DNA from: Dendrobates tinctorius
Taxonomy: Eukaryota
DNA: 64,000 nt
Direction of reading: 5' to 3'
NCBI RefSeq assembly: GCF_039654945.1
Contig: NW_027361695.1
Location: forward strand, 9,734,001-9,798,000
Part shown: in pieces, positions 38,965-50,531 of the stretch
How positions within the stretch are numbered: the stretch's first letter is position 1
How the letters are laid out: the number at the start of each line of letters is the position of its first letter
Notes under the pieces: model-generated
What the model was told of the DNA's origin: nothing
Database searches by the model: none
What the model saw: only the letters and a program-made list of their open reading frames with translations
Translations under genes and position numbers: made by a program

Positions 38965-40057
38965 TGTCATGGTCACATGTGACTGGACACACCGCCTCCA
39001 GCAGGGCAAATTTATATGACACGCGTGACCCTGGATACACCGCCTCCAGCAGGGCGAATTTAAATAATAGAACGTGCAGCCGGATACACCGCCTCCAGCA
39101 GGTGAATTTCAGTAGCACACGTATGTCTGGATACACCGCCTCCAGCAGGGCAAATTTCAGAATAAAGGGGAAAACCAGGAAAACAATTACAGTGGTGGCC
39201 CTGCGATAGGGAACGGGGACGTGGAGACCTCCTGCACTCCCCTGAATCAGTGTCTCTACACTTCTAATGATCCCTAGGCCGGTTCCACACCGGCCGCTGA
39301 TCAGGATACCTGAAATCCCTAGCTCGCCCTGAAACAATCCCTTACTAGTGAAGTGGACGGTGCAGAAACTAATCCCACCACTGCACTAAAACACACATTG
39401 AGGAAAGTGACAAACAGGGAAACACCACTTAGCTTTGGTCTGTTGCTAATGCTCCAAGCAACAGAGTCCGACACCTGAGTGCATCTTTTCCTCCAACCGG
39501 AGCCAACACCTGAGTGCAGCTTTCCAGCAACAGAGTCCCGCATCTGAGTGCAGCTTTCCAGCAACAGAGTCCAGCATCTGAGTGCAGCTTTCACCATAGC
39601 TTCCACTCCACCAAGCTTTGCAAGAACTCCTTGCTGACACCATAGCTGCCACTCCACCATGGTTTACAAGAACTCCTCGCTGACACCATAGCTGCCACTC
39701 CTCCAAGCTTTGCCAGAACTCCTCGCTGACACCATAGTTGCCACTCCAGGATTCTGACTGAGCTGCCAGGAACTCTCTCTAGCTCCTTCCTTCACCAAGG
39801 ATGGTTGGAAAACACCAATATCACCAACAGTGAGTGAGAACACCTGACACACCTTTATAGTTAGGAGCCAGAGTCTCACACCTGTTAGAAATTCCTGTGC
39901 AATAACGCTCACCACCACCGGGGGCAAACGAACAAAAGACACCACTGTGCAATAACCCCAATGACCACCGGGGGCAAAACCAACTCCAAGCAACCAGCTC
40001 AAAGGAAAAAAAAGGTTACTTATTCAAAACCTGTCATATCCAACCTGGATCATGACA
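38965..40057. mobile_element. Solo LTR of a second family (Gypsy-like) with internal tandem repeats
   Basis: TGTCATG...CATGACA termini; 5-bp TSD CAGTA/CAATA (one mismatch). Four GA(T/C)ACACCGCCTCCAGCAGG motifs, plus ~34-bp and ~45-bp tandem arrays at 39455-39750. Confidence 0.75.
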
Positions 40058-41125
40058 CAATATGGATGAAACACATGAGTGTGACAAAAGCAGCTAAAAA
40101 CACAATATCTGAGAAAAAGTAGCTTAATCATGCAGTCACACTCCCGTCTATCTGTCCTCCTCTTTTTATAAGCTGCCAAATATATGTTGGATAGAAGTAA
40201 TTCACAGATGAGCAGCATGACTCCCAGGATCTGACTACAAATGGTTTGTTTGTGGTCTGTCACCATGGAAACATCATAGGTTTGTATGGAAGCTCTAGAC
40301 ACAGAACAATGGATTTTTTTTAATCAAAATGATGTGCAAATATGCTTCACTTATTATTTTAGATCCTTTGGAGCAATATAATATAGTTTTATGACAATAC
40401 TGTAGGCATACAATAGGTCTCAAAAATCCTTCATGTTATAAGACCTTGGGGAAGGAATTCTTGAGGTTTCCCTCCTCTGCAAAATCGTAATCATTTACGT
40501 GCTTTTTTTTTTTTTTGTAACACACAATGACCTGTCCAGAAATGTTGTCAAATCGCTTTGTCTGGGACGTTGGAGAACGGCATGGTTAATCGCTGCCCAT
40601 GCTGCGCCTATTCTGGGCACACACCGACGGCTTCTGTTGTGCCCGCTCTCTACGCTTGGCACGTTCCAACGGTAGAAATTGAATTGGCAAAATAAAGGAA
40701 AGAATTGTTTGTTATGTTAATTGCACAAGACGCGGGGCGTGTAAATCATATTTAATGGCTGCATTTTTAAATGAAAGTTTCCCATTGAACTTATTTCGGC
40801 TGCATGCTGGCAAAATCTCAGAGCACAATAGACTCGCATCAAAAGTCGTGTAATTACTTAGTTTTTTTCTCTTTTTTTTTGAACTTATGGTTTAAGTTAA
40901 ATATCACGGAAAAGAGAATGTTACATTACAATAACTTGGTGAGTCCAATGAAAATCAGTGTAGAAAATGGAGCTATTGAAGTCAGTCTTGTAGAACAATC
41001 ATCGTTAAATGCGCATTACATTGGTGCGCGGTTCTGTATGAGATTTTGCAAGCAGCTGCAAGGTGGTTATTTTTATATAAAAAAAATGTGATTATTTCAC
41101 TATGGGAAGCACTACTAGTCAGTAA

Positions 41126-41422
41126 AGTTGGCCATACACATTGGACTAATGTCGGCCAAACTCACCAATATGGACGGATTCGGCTGACGGTCTAATCACG
41201 TGTATGAAGGCCCCGGCCAAATGATGGTTGGGGAAGATGTCATTCAGGCATGTCTGATTTCGGCCACCGGATGGTGAGTCAGTTGGCGGCTCTCTTGTAG
41301 AGAACACAGGAGCGCTCGATCGAACGAGAACTCCTGTGTATGGAAGAGTCAGCTGAGACGGCTGTCGACTGGACAGTCGAACTGCCGACAGCCATCCATT
41401 GGCCATATGTGTATGACCAGCT
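41126..41422 (+). mobile_element. MITE (probably PIF/Harbinger-type)
   Basis: TIRs AGTTGGCCATACACAT / ATGTGTATGACCAGCT; flanks TAA and CTA. Confidence 0.7.
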
Positions 41423-42657
41423 CTAGTATGTTCCATATCATCCAGAGTTCCAGCTTATTTTGGGACACCTTCATCATTTTGAGTGGTTACTTTTTTTTTT
41501 TCTCTTCGTCTTCTTAGAAGGAATATGTGCTCAAAAAATGTACTGATGTTTAAATGGGTTGACCACCTTTCAAAAAATAAAATAAAATCTTAGGTGAAAA
41601 TTATGGTAAAAAAATCTGCTTAGGCTACATCGGTCTTCAGCAGGATAGGAAGCAATGAGATACTGTTCTGTCCAGTCTTGTGATTGACTGCAGCGGTCAG
41701 GTACTTGAAACAAAACCTCATCAGATTGGCCTTTGATGATATCCCATTCCAGTCATCTAACTTGTGAAGCCAATCACAGGAGACCACCGGAGTGGCCTGT
41801 TCTTGGAGCCACAAGGGTTAGAGCGTGTAAGCGAACCATTTTCTGTTATTACTTTTTAACCATCCCTTTTTATTTTTAACATTTGACAATTTTTATATTA
41901 AATATATTTTTAAAGATTTTTTTTTTTTACTGATTTTTTTTTTTTTTTTTTTTATTCGTATCACGGATCTATATCTAAAGATATCTGAACTCTTACAGAC
42001 TTAAACCCTATCTTAGATTTTAGATAGCAGTCATCCAAACCGTTGTTTTATATCCGAATTTTGCAAGACACTCCTCTGGATCAGCAATCTGAAATTGGAC
42101 ATGATGGAACCTTATCTCCCCTGACATGATGTCGGGGGACAGTCGTGAGGCTCGATTACACGCTAGAGCGTCGGCCAACTGCCAAGCATGTTGACATTGG
42201 TGGGATCAGTTGGCTTAATGGGGGCCTTTAGTCTTTCTGTTTTGTAGAGACCACTTCTCAGCAATCATCTAGTTATCATTACAAAAAAATTACAATAAAA
42301 AATATAGCCTATATATAGATACACCATTTACAATAGGTGATGTCACAGCTCACTTCTACCCTCTCTGCACCATGACCTCTGCACAGATCACAGAGCATGC
42401 TCCACAACACTTTTCCAAATAATCCAATGTGTTATTTCCAAACACCAGGTTCTTAGGTTTTATAGCAGCTACATGAATCATATCACTGATTGTGGTTAAT
42501 ATTAGTCATGTTGTATGGACCCGTAATATTGTGCCATAGCTTATGATAATCCCTCTTAACATAGCTCCTTGTGTTTGTTATAAACTATGGATGTTTGGGG
42601 TCTGAACAGGACTGAGTTGTAGTAATAGGTACAGCCACAACTATGTGGATGGTGATG

Positions 42658-43450
42658 TGTTATGAATGAGTCACCGTAGGAGGCAAAAGCAGAAATACAA
42701 GCTAAGTCCAGAAAACCAGGGAAGTTGGCAACTATCAGATTGCAGACCCCTGAACCTATCAACACAACTAGCAGTAGCCGTGGGGGGTTCCTACGATGCC
42801 CTAGACCCCTCGATCACAGCCGGAGAAATACATAGGCCTAAAGAAAGAAAGGGGAAATCTAAACTGCCCCAGAGCAGACCCCAAAGCAATAGGCAGCCCC
42901 CAACATATAATGACGGTGAAGCAAGATGAAAATACTAACACAGACAGAAAGATAGACTGAGCAAAGACGGGGCCCCAAAACTACCTAGATAGGAAAGGAC
43001 AGGAAGGCTGCTGTCTGCAATCTGCCAAAACCCTATCAAAGACATAAGCCAACCAGCTGATATGAAAAAGGCCCTGAAGCAGCTAGGCTTCAAAAACTGA
43101 ATCAGCACTCAGGTATTTTCAGAAGACAGAGCTAAATGAATTCAGCACACCCCAGCAGGGAATGGCAGAAATCCAGAAAAACAAAGCAAAGACAAAGCAC
43201 AAAAGCAAAAGGCCGAGCAGCAAACTTAGCTTTGGAGGAGCAGGAATTCAGACTGGTCTCCAAGGATCCCACAGAGAAATCACCCGCAGGGCAGAAGGGC
43301 GTCGGCAGCCTTATAATCCAGTCCGTAACTCCACTCAGCCAGTCATCATCATCAGCCTCAGGTGTTTGACAATCAGGCTCACTACCTTTCTTTACCAGAA
43401 GAGGGAGTTCCACGGGCCTCAGTAATGAAGGGGAAAATGAACTCACAACA
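42658..43450 (-). mobile_element. Solo LTR-like element, copy 4
   Basis: TGTTATGAAT...ACTCACAACA termini; 6-bp TSD GTGATG (42652-42657, 43451-43456). Confidence 0.9.
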
Positions 43451-44630
43451 GTGATGTACCTGGGTAAACAATGAAGGGAAGCATCACAACTCTTTTATTC
43501 AGTGCTGGCATCTAGACCCCTTCTTACCAGATATTGGTGGGGTATCGTAAGGATAGATAAATATTACATCTAAACCCATGAGGTTTGTCACTAGTTCATC
43601 ATCTTAAAACATTAGATGGAGTACATATACCGTAGTTTTACATTTTTTAAGACCTACATTTAATATATTGGAGAACTCCTTGAAGGTCCTTTAATTTTAG
43701 GGCTCGTGCACAGTTGAAGCACCATCGGGAACCCACCATATTCATGAGAATGACTGTCTTGGAAGCTTGCGTTTCCACAGTCCTCCTGTGATGTGCGGAT
43801 GTGCCCGGACCTTGTCTATAGCATTATTCATTAGCACTTTTCCTTTTATTTGTCATTTCCAAGGTGTAAAGGTATAAAGCAGAAGAAACATTTCATTACA
43901 TGGGGCCTATAATGCTATGTGAGATTAATTCTGCTTTTCCCACTTGCGTTATTAACATATACAGTATACGGTGACACATTGAGGTGTTTCGCGTCCCTTG
44001 TTTTACTATTAACCAGGTGTTAATCACTGGAGACAATTAGAAGGTGAATTCAGGCATATTTGTTACTATGCTCCGATCAATCTGCAATAATATATTTTCT
44101 AGCAACCTGGGGCAAGAAATATTTCAAGGCGGAAGGAAAAATGTTTAGTCTATAGATATACTGATTTTCACAGCTTCCGATGACTTTTCTACCTGGGTGA
44201 AATTACCTCCTTTTACTGAGCAAATGAAAGTGGCTAGGCTTGGAAGCTTTTCCGGTTGTTTACGTTAAGCGGTGACCCAAAAAGCAGTGCAACGGATACT
44301 GGCCAGAGAGAAGCCAGAAGGACACTCTTGGCTCCCATCTGGCAATACAGTTCTGAGGACACAATGGTTGTAGGTCTGGAGCTTTATGGACGTAAGCACA
44401 AAACAAAGCTGGTTTTAGACTTCAGATGTCTGTTTAGTACCTTACCCATCAAATAGATGTGTTTATCAGTAGGGACAGGTGGAGACTCAAATGATTGGGG
44501 TGGCTAAAATTCTACCTTTCTGCTCCTTCTTTGATGTCTGCTTAATTAAAGCCCCCAACCATCGACTGACCGACTACTATCTCTTCCGACTTCCCGATAC
44601 ACAGGAAATATTGACTCGAAATCTGTGAAA

Positions 44631-45068
44631 GGGTCCCGTTACACTAAGCGACGCTCCAGTGATCCCGACAATGATACGACCTGGTAAGGATCGCTGGTGT
44701 GTCGCTAGTAAGCTGTCAAACAGGCAGATCTACTCAACGACGCAGCAACGATTCGGCGATCCGTATAATGACCTCGGCGGTCGTTGGGACCTTGTCACAC
44801 AGCAGCTATTCTGACGACTCAGACCTGCATCCATGAGTTCTGCGTCTGCGTCGCCAATGAGGTCGCTCGTCGGCGTCAAACACAGCGATGCATGCCAACG
44901 ATCAAAAAATGGCCCAGGACATTCGAGCGCAATCAGCGATATCCAGCGGGGGCCCGATCGCCGCTACGTGTCAAACGTAGTAAGATCGCTGGCGAGGTCG
45001 CTGTTGAGTCACAAAATCTGTGACGTTTCAGCGATCTCACTAACGATTTCGTTATGTGAGACGGGCCC
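44631..45068. mobile_element. CpG-rich PIF/Harbinger-type MITE nested in an older MITE
   Basis: GGGTCCCGTTACAC...GTGAGACGGGCCC|TAA; many CAGCGAT/ATCGCTG subterminal motifs; related to 61459-62002. Confidence 0.8.
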
Positions 45069-46212
45069 TAAAGCCACTGTCAGACTACTCTGGTAGCAGT
45101 TTATCTTCTGGAGAACAAAAGTATCATCTTATCAAATTCAGGAGGTCGGATCTTTTTCTTCCCCGGCATAATCTTTCGAGAAGTCAGCTGGTCAGTTAAC
45201 ATCCCAAGTTGAGTGGAATAGAACCCTCTCTAGCGGTGTGTTCACACTGAGTTTTTTATTGTGTCTCCAACTCTCCAATCAAAACTCATGATTTTCTAAC
45301 TCTTGTTTTTGGAGAGTTTCTGCTCCAACAAACTTCGCAAAAGAACTCCCTGTGATCATGATCTGATTGTGGTCAATCCTTCTGAAAACTAGTCTATTAG
45401 GCTCACCTCCTTTAACTTTCTCAGATCTAGGCAAAAAGAAATGATATCTACGTGAAATTGTTGATCCTAAAATTAACTTTTGCACCAGCTAAGTGAAGGC
45501 TAGTCATATGTTATAGAGTTATGCAATATGACTGGATCCAATAAACCGATCGACAATTGATTCAGCCTCATTGCCTCTTATGCATCTGCCGTCCTATCAA
45601 ATTATCAGGCTTTTTTTTTTAGTTGTTACAATCTAACCTATTTCTTTCAACTTATCTCAATCCTAGACAATAAAATTCTGGAGAAAATCATTAAAAAAAT
45701 CACATTGGCTTAAAGTTTTTGACGTGATGATGTCTCAACCGGCGCTACTATATTCAGTTAAAGTGTAAGAAAAGTTTAGAATTCCGCAGTCTGGAAGTTA
45801 TTGTATTTTGGAAGTGAGTTTGTGATTCTCCCAGGAGAATTATTTCATTTGTTAAAATCTGTCACAGCTGTCAAATCGTCAACTTTATTTTACAAACTAA
45901 AAATGACATGTGACAATATCTGCGAGACGTGAAATAGTAAAATTTCAACACAAAAAAAAAAATGAAAAGGCTGGGCAAAATAAAACTAGAAGCTGCAATT
46001 ATTGGGTGGTGTAAGTTACAGCTGTCTGGAGTCACCATCGTCCTACCAAACCAGAATGTGTTCATTTAGAGGAACATTCTAGGTAAACTCTTGGCATATT
46101 TGATGCTGTTAATTTTGGGTCAAGAGATCCATGGCCAGTCCATGCGTTGAAGTCTATACTCGGATCATGAAACACTGATGTGTCAAACGGGACTAAAAAA
46201 GATATGTTTTCT

Positions 46213-46263
46213 CAGTGGTCTCCAACCTGTTGTCCTAGTTTATCAACAGATTGGAGACCACTA
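46213..46263. mobile_element. ~50-bp hAT/Charlie-like terminal hairpin remnant
   Basis: CAGTGGTCTCCAACCTGTTG...CAACAGATTGGAGACCACT; no TSD recognisable. Confidence 0.45.
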
Positions 46264-46387
46264 TCTTATATTATGCCGTGTAAAGTGAGAGTTTGAAACA
46301 TGGCGCTAGGAAAACGGGCAACAGGTCTTGAAGTGTCCTCAGACAGATGCACGGACGCATTAACTTGTCAGACAATAACGATGAAAG

Positions 46388-46603
46388 GATAACTGGCACT
46401 CCGTAAGTGGGCTAAAATTGTCAAGTTTATTTCAAAGACCTAAGTATAGACAGAACAATTTATTCAGCAAGACCAACGCGTTTCCACCAGATGATTAACA
46501 ACCTCTGGTGGAAACACGTTGGTTTTACTGACTAAGCTGTTCTGTCTATATGTTGCTGAAATAAATTTGAAGATTTTAACCCACTTACGGAATGCCGGAT
46601 ATC
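46388..46603. repeat. 216-bp fold-back palindrome, possibly derived from a Penelope-like element
   Basis: Arms 46388-46491 and 46504-46603 are reverse complements with scattered mismatches, around a 12-nt loop. Confidence 0.75.
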
Positions 46604-46989
46604 TGTTCACGGCACTAGGAAGAGGTGCACAACCCAGACCTGGCACTAGTCATAACTTGGTGCATTAGCTTTGAGTACACCTTTAAAGTCTATCATGTCT
46701 ACCAGTTACGTTATGGTATTTTCGATTTTTATTATTGATAGCATATTCCACAGCGTGGTATAGAAATTGTCGATTTGAGACCGCCTTGTCGTTGGATGCT
46801 GGGCATGCATGAATTGGCCAAATTATGTGTTAAGCGTCTCATTTTTTTCCTAGTATACAGACGCAGTATTGCAATCCATGTTTCATATATTTCATATTGA
46901 CATGCTTTAGCACTACAGAGTTCAACTTTTTTTTGTTTATAGTATAGAAATTGTCATCACCCATATGGACCCTTATCCTTGTTTAGGGA

Positions 46990-47115
46990 TGTATATTTTT
47001 TTTCTCCTTGGGAGAGAACTAGAGAATATGGAGGAAACTCATGCAACCATAGTGAGAACATGCAAACTCCATGCAAAGATTTTTTTGCAACGTTTCATCT
47101 TCAACCCAAAGCATC
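46990..47115 (-). mobile_element. V-SINE remnant
   Basis: Minus strand TGGAGTTTGCATGTTCTCACTATGGTTGCATGAGTTTCCTCC matches the conserved V-domain (GTTTGCATGTTCTCCCCGTG..CGTGGGTTTCCTCC). A decayed L2-like tail lies at ~46725-46770. Confidence 0.6.
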
Positions 47116-50100
47116 ATCTAAGGTTATGGTTGATGTAGCCATAAAGAGCCTACATCAATAACCAGTTCTCCTAGGGACACCAACACACTTAACCCAATTT
47201 TTTAGTTGGGTCACGAGCTTTCAGGAGGTTACATCATTTGATGCTGTCCTTTTATGCAAACTGGCCAAAAGACCTAAGCCACATATTTCTGCATGAGTTT
47301 ATATATATTTTATGAGGCTATAAATGTGTATGTTTGACATGAAATGAACAGGCGCCTCTGGCAGCGGGCCTTCTTGAAATAAACATGCAAGCTCAGACAA
47401 TCACGCATGTTTAGGATGTTGCCTAGAGAAATGGCGTTCTTCCAAAAATCTTGAGTATGCTTATGACCAACCCAACTTTTTGGGTTAATTTCATAGATGA
47501 TGACAACCAGTTGGCTAATCTCCTTGGTCAATATTCACTTTTCCAATCGTGGAAGCTCTTATAGACTTCAGTGAATGATATAATTCAGTCATCCTGGAAT
47601 ATTAGAGCTGTATATATCTTTTTTTGTGATTGTGTCGTCTGTCACATAAAAGCTCATTTTTATCAGATCATTCCTATTCTTTGATTTTGTTCCTTTGCTA
47701 CTTGAAGCGCCATACTGCTACATTTTGACTTGGTTTTGAGCCTTTATTTTGTCCATACACACAATTTCCTTATTTATTCAAGAGAACAAAGTCCAGTTTA
47801 ATGTATAAAAAGCACATTTACATTGTGGGTTTGTGTGTTTTTGAGGCACTCCTGATGTGTTCACACTGTTGCATCAAACTCACACCTTTGTGTTTTAAGT
47901 GTGAGTCAAAAGGCTCGTTGACATCTACGTGAGGTTTAGCTTTCCATCTGGTATGGATACAGTTTGGATCTACAAAGTGCTAGAAAATACAACATGTTAA
48001 TTTACAGAAAACATTTTACACAGACTTTATTACTGCAATGCACACACACAAGAGGAGACTACATTCCGGGGAAGCCCATTGATGTTTCAATGTTTTTGGA
48101 CTATAGGAGAACCTATTCCGAAAACAAACATTCAGACTCTATGGAGATGTTACATTTGTCAAGTTCCAACCAAGAAGGTCCTCTCCAAAATCACCACAGA
48201 CCCTCTTACATAGATGTATGTTACTTGTATGGAAGGAAACTTTAGGGAAAGTGGTGGGATCAGTCATGTTGGAGTGCAACCTTTTTGGACTTCCTCTAAC
48301 GAAAAGCTTTGGGAAAACAGTCTGCTTGTCCTCATAGATCGAAACCTGTCTTTAACATTTGGCCAACAGCCGTCCCATACATTCAGTCAAGTATGTATAT
48401 ATTCAGTAAGGAGAGGTGGGAGTCCACTTGGGTTTGTACAATTTAGATTTATATTGGCCAAACCGGTGGACTATCTAATGTGTTTGGGGGCGTACAGACT
48501 CTCGAAAGGCATCTGAGCAAATTTCAACTGCTCATTTCAGATAAGGCTGGCAACGGTTTACTCTCGTCTACCTACTGAGATCACATGCATAATTGGCCGA
48601 AATGAGCATACATGTCTACGGTGTTGGGGGTGGAGAGAGAGAGCTGTTGGCCGATGGAACAATTGTCCAACAGTTATGTAATATATATGGCAAGCCTTCA
48701 GACCCATTTAGAGTAGACGGTTTGATAATATACAAGTCAATCGGCACTCGTTTACTGGCCCATTTGTACATGACAACAAAAACTGTATGGGGAAGAATGA
48801 TGCATAATACAACCGTTGTTTCTTGTACCGCCCCATATTGTCCTGACAACACATGTCATGTACTGCCAACAACGAGCAGCTTTATGCTGGCATAATGGAT
48901 CTGAATTGCTTAGTGAAAGAGCATTTTACATGTTTTTAGTGATTGGCGGCATATTTACAAACTCCTACAGCAACGGTTGGGCCATCTAAATGGACTTTTA
49001 GCTAGTTTCAGACACCTTGTGGCAGTGGTTTCTGTCCCACAGGGATTGGGCATGTTGAAATCCATATGCCAAATCCCCCCCCATTTGTTGTCGTAGGCGA
49101 GTCAAGACTCATTTGTGCCAACAAACATTTGTCAGGTTTATGGCCAACCTAGAGCTGTGGTAGCTAAAGAGAGTGCAGTTTGTACCCAACGCTGGTGGGA
49201 CCCTAAGTTGACCAAAGTGACTCTCTTCCAGTAATTGTCATGACATTGCCTTCTCATGTTAATTGCATTGGTAGTTTGAAGCCTTGGTATTATCAAGGTA
49301 ATGGTGGTACCGCCAATAAAATTTTTGTAGCGATTCCTTATTTTTTGGGTGAATGTGCCCACAATTATTGGAAGTAGTTCATCCTGTTTTCTCTACCTGA
49401 TGTCCATCTCCTAGGCACCATTGATCATGTGGGAATTTGCTTTCGTCCAGGTTGGATCTTCGGTTTATCTTGATTGGCCAATGTCTTGGCTTCCGTATGC
49501 CCGATTGATCTGAATATACATGTTCATGGAAAGATCTTTATGAAATAGGATCATCGCTAATCCATCTGTCTATAGCTAGCTTTATGTTTCTACCTCTGGT
49601 TTCAAGAACCCTTCACCCGTACTTGAATTATTTGAAAAAAATAAATAAATTAAGGAAACTGGTGGAGATTCTTGACTTTGCCCCTAACCATTTTTTTTTT
49701 TTATTCAATCCGATCTTGCACCCTATGCTTGTATTTTAAGGGTTAACCAAGAGACCTTCCCTCTAAACCCACCTCACCTGCTCCCTGACAGCTGTTCATT
49801 CTCAATTAACACATAAAAAAAAAGCCTTTTATTTTATTACAGTGTCGAATTCACCAGCAGCGGGCAGGAGGTGCTTTACTTTTTTATATTTACTTAACCC
49901 TAACATTTGTCTTTAAAGGTTCTCCCGGCATTTCTTCGTATCTCCCTATTGGTTTTTGCAAATCCGATGACCTCAGCCATATATAATTGCATATAAATTT
50001 GCAACCACTTAAAAGCCTCAAATAGAATTATTGCTCTGTGCCTTTTTTTTTTTTTTTTTTGGCTTGCACTCCCAACAAACTGGTCTGTCTTAGGCAAAGA

Positions 50101-50144
50101 CCCTTAGGCCAAATTTTTTTTTTTGGGCTAGGGATGGTGTGTGT

Positions 50145-50400
50145 GTGGGGGGGGGGGGGGGAGAACTGTTGAGTGTCAGGATCATGTGATTTGCCAGGGT
50201 GATTTTTTCCTTGTTTATCCTAAGACCATGTGGAGGTGGGCGGATGCACATACACACACACACCAGGGGGACAGAGGACAGGAGCTGCAAGCTTCTCTCT
50301 CTCTTCTCTCTCCCCCTCTCAACAAGCCACATTGACTGAGCTGTGTAAATGGGCAGGGGGACTAATTCACTGTGCCTGTAGGCTCCATAATAGAGGCAGC
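50145..50400 (+). promoter_or_regulatory. Candidate promoter region
   Basis: Repeat-free stretch with a G-run, TCATGTGA E-box (50182), TGTTTAT forkhead site (50212), GGGCGG GC-box (50238), CA and CT tracts, upstream of a plausible splice donor. Confidence 0.45.
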
Positions 50401-50531
50401 TGTCGGGGAAGTGCTTGCTCGGTTGCACGTTAGACATGGCAGTCGACAGCCTATGGAAGGATTAACTGGAAATGTTGGATATTTTCTAAAGAACCGAACG
50501 GTCCGAAACGCGTCAAGTTTGTCTGCATAAG
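50290..50531 (+). other. Candidate non-coding first exon (start approximate) with short upstream ORFs
   Basis: Locally CpG-enriched unique sequence ending AAG|GTAATC (donor at 50532). ATGs at 50436, 50453 and 50472 all reach stop codons inside the exon. Confidence 0.4.

Noticed and set aside
38985-39155. Four identical ~20-bp motifs with variable spacers, superficially CRISPR-like
   Set aside because: Eukaryotic context, inside an LTR-like element; spacers are related to each other; no cas genes.
50483-50520. Hammerhead-like string CTAAAGA-ACCGAACGGT-CC-GAAACGCGTC in the candidate exon
   Set aside because: Core reads CUAAAGA instead of CUGANGA, stem II is out of register and stem I does not pair convincingly. 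At most a decayed remnant or a chance match.
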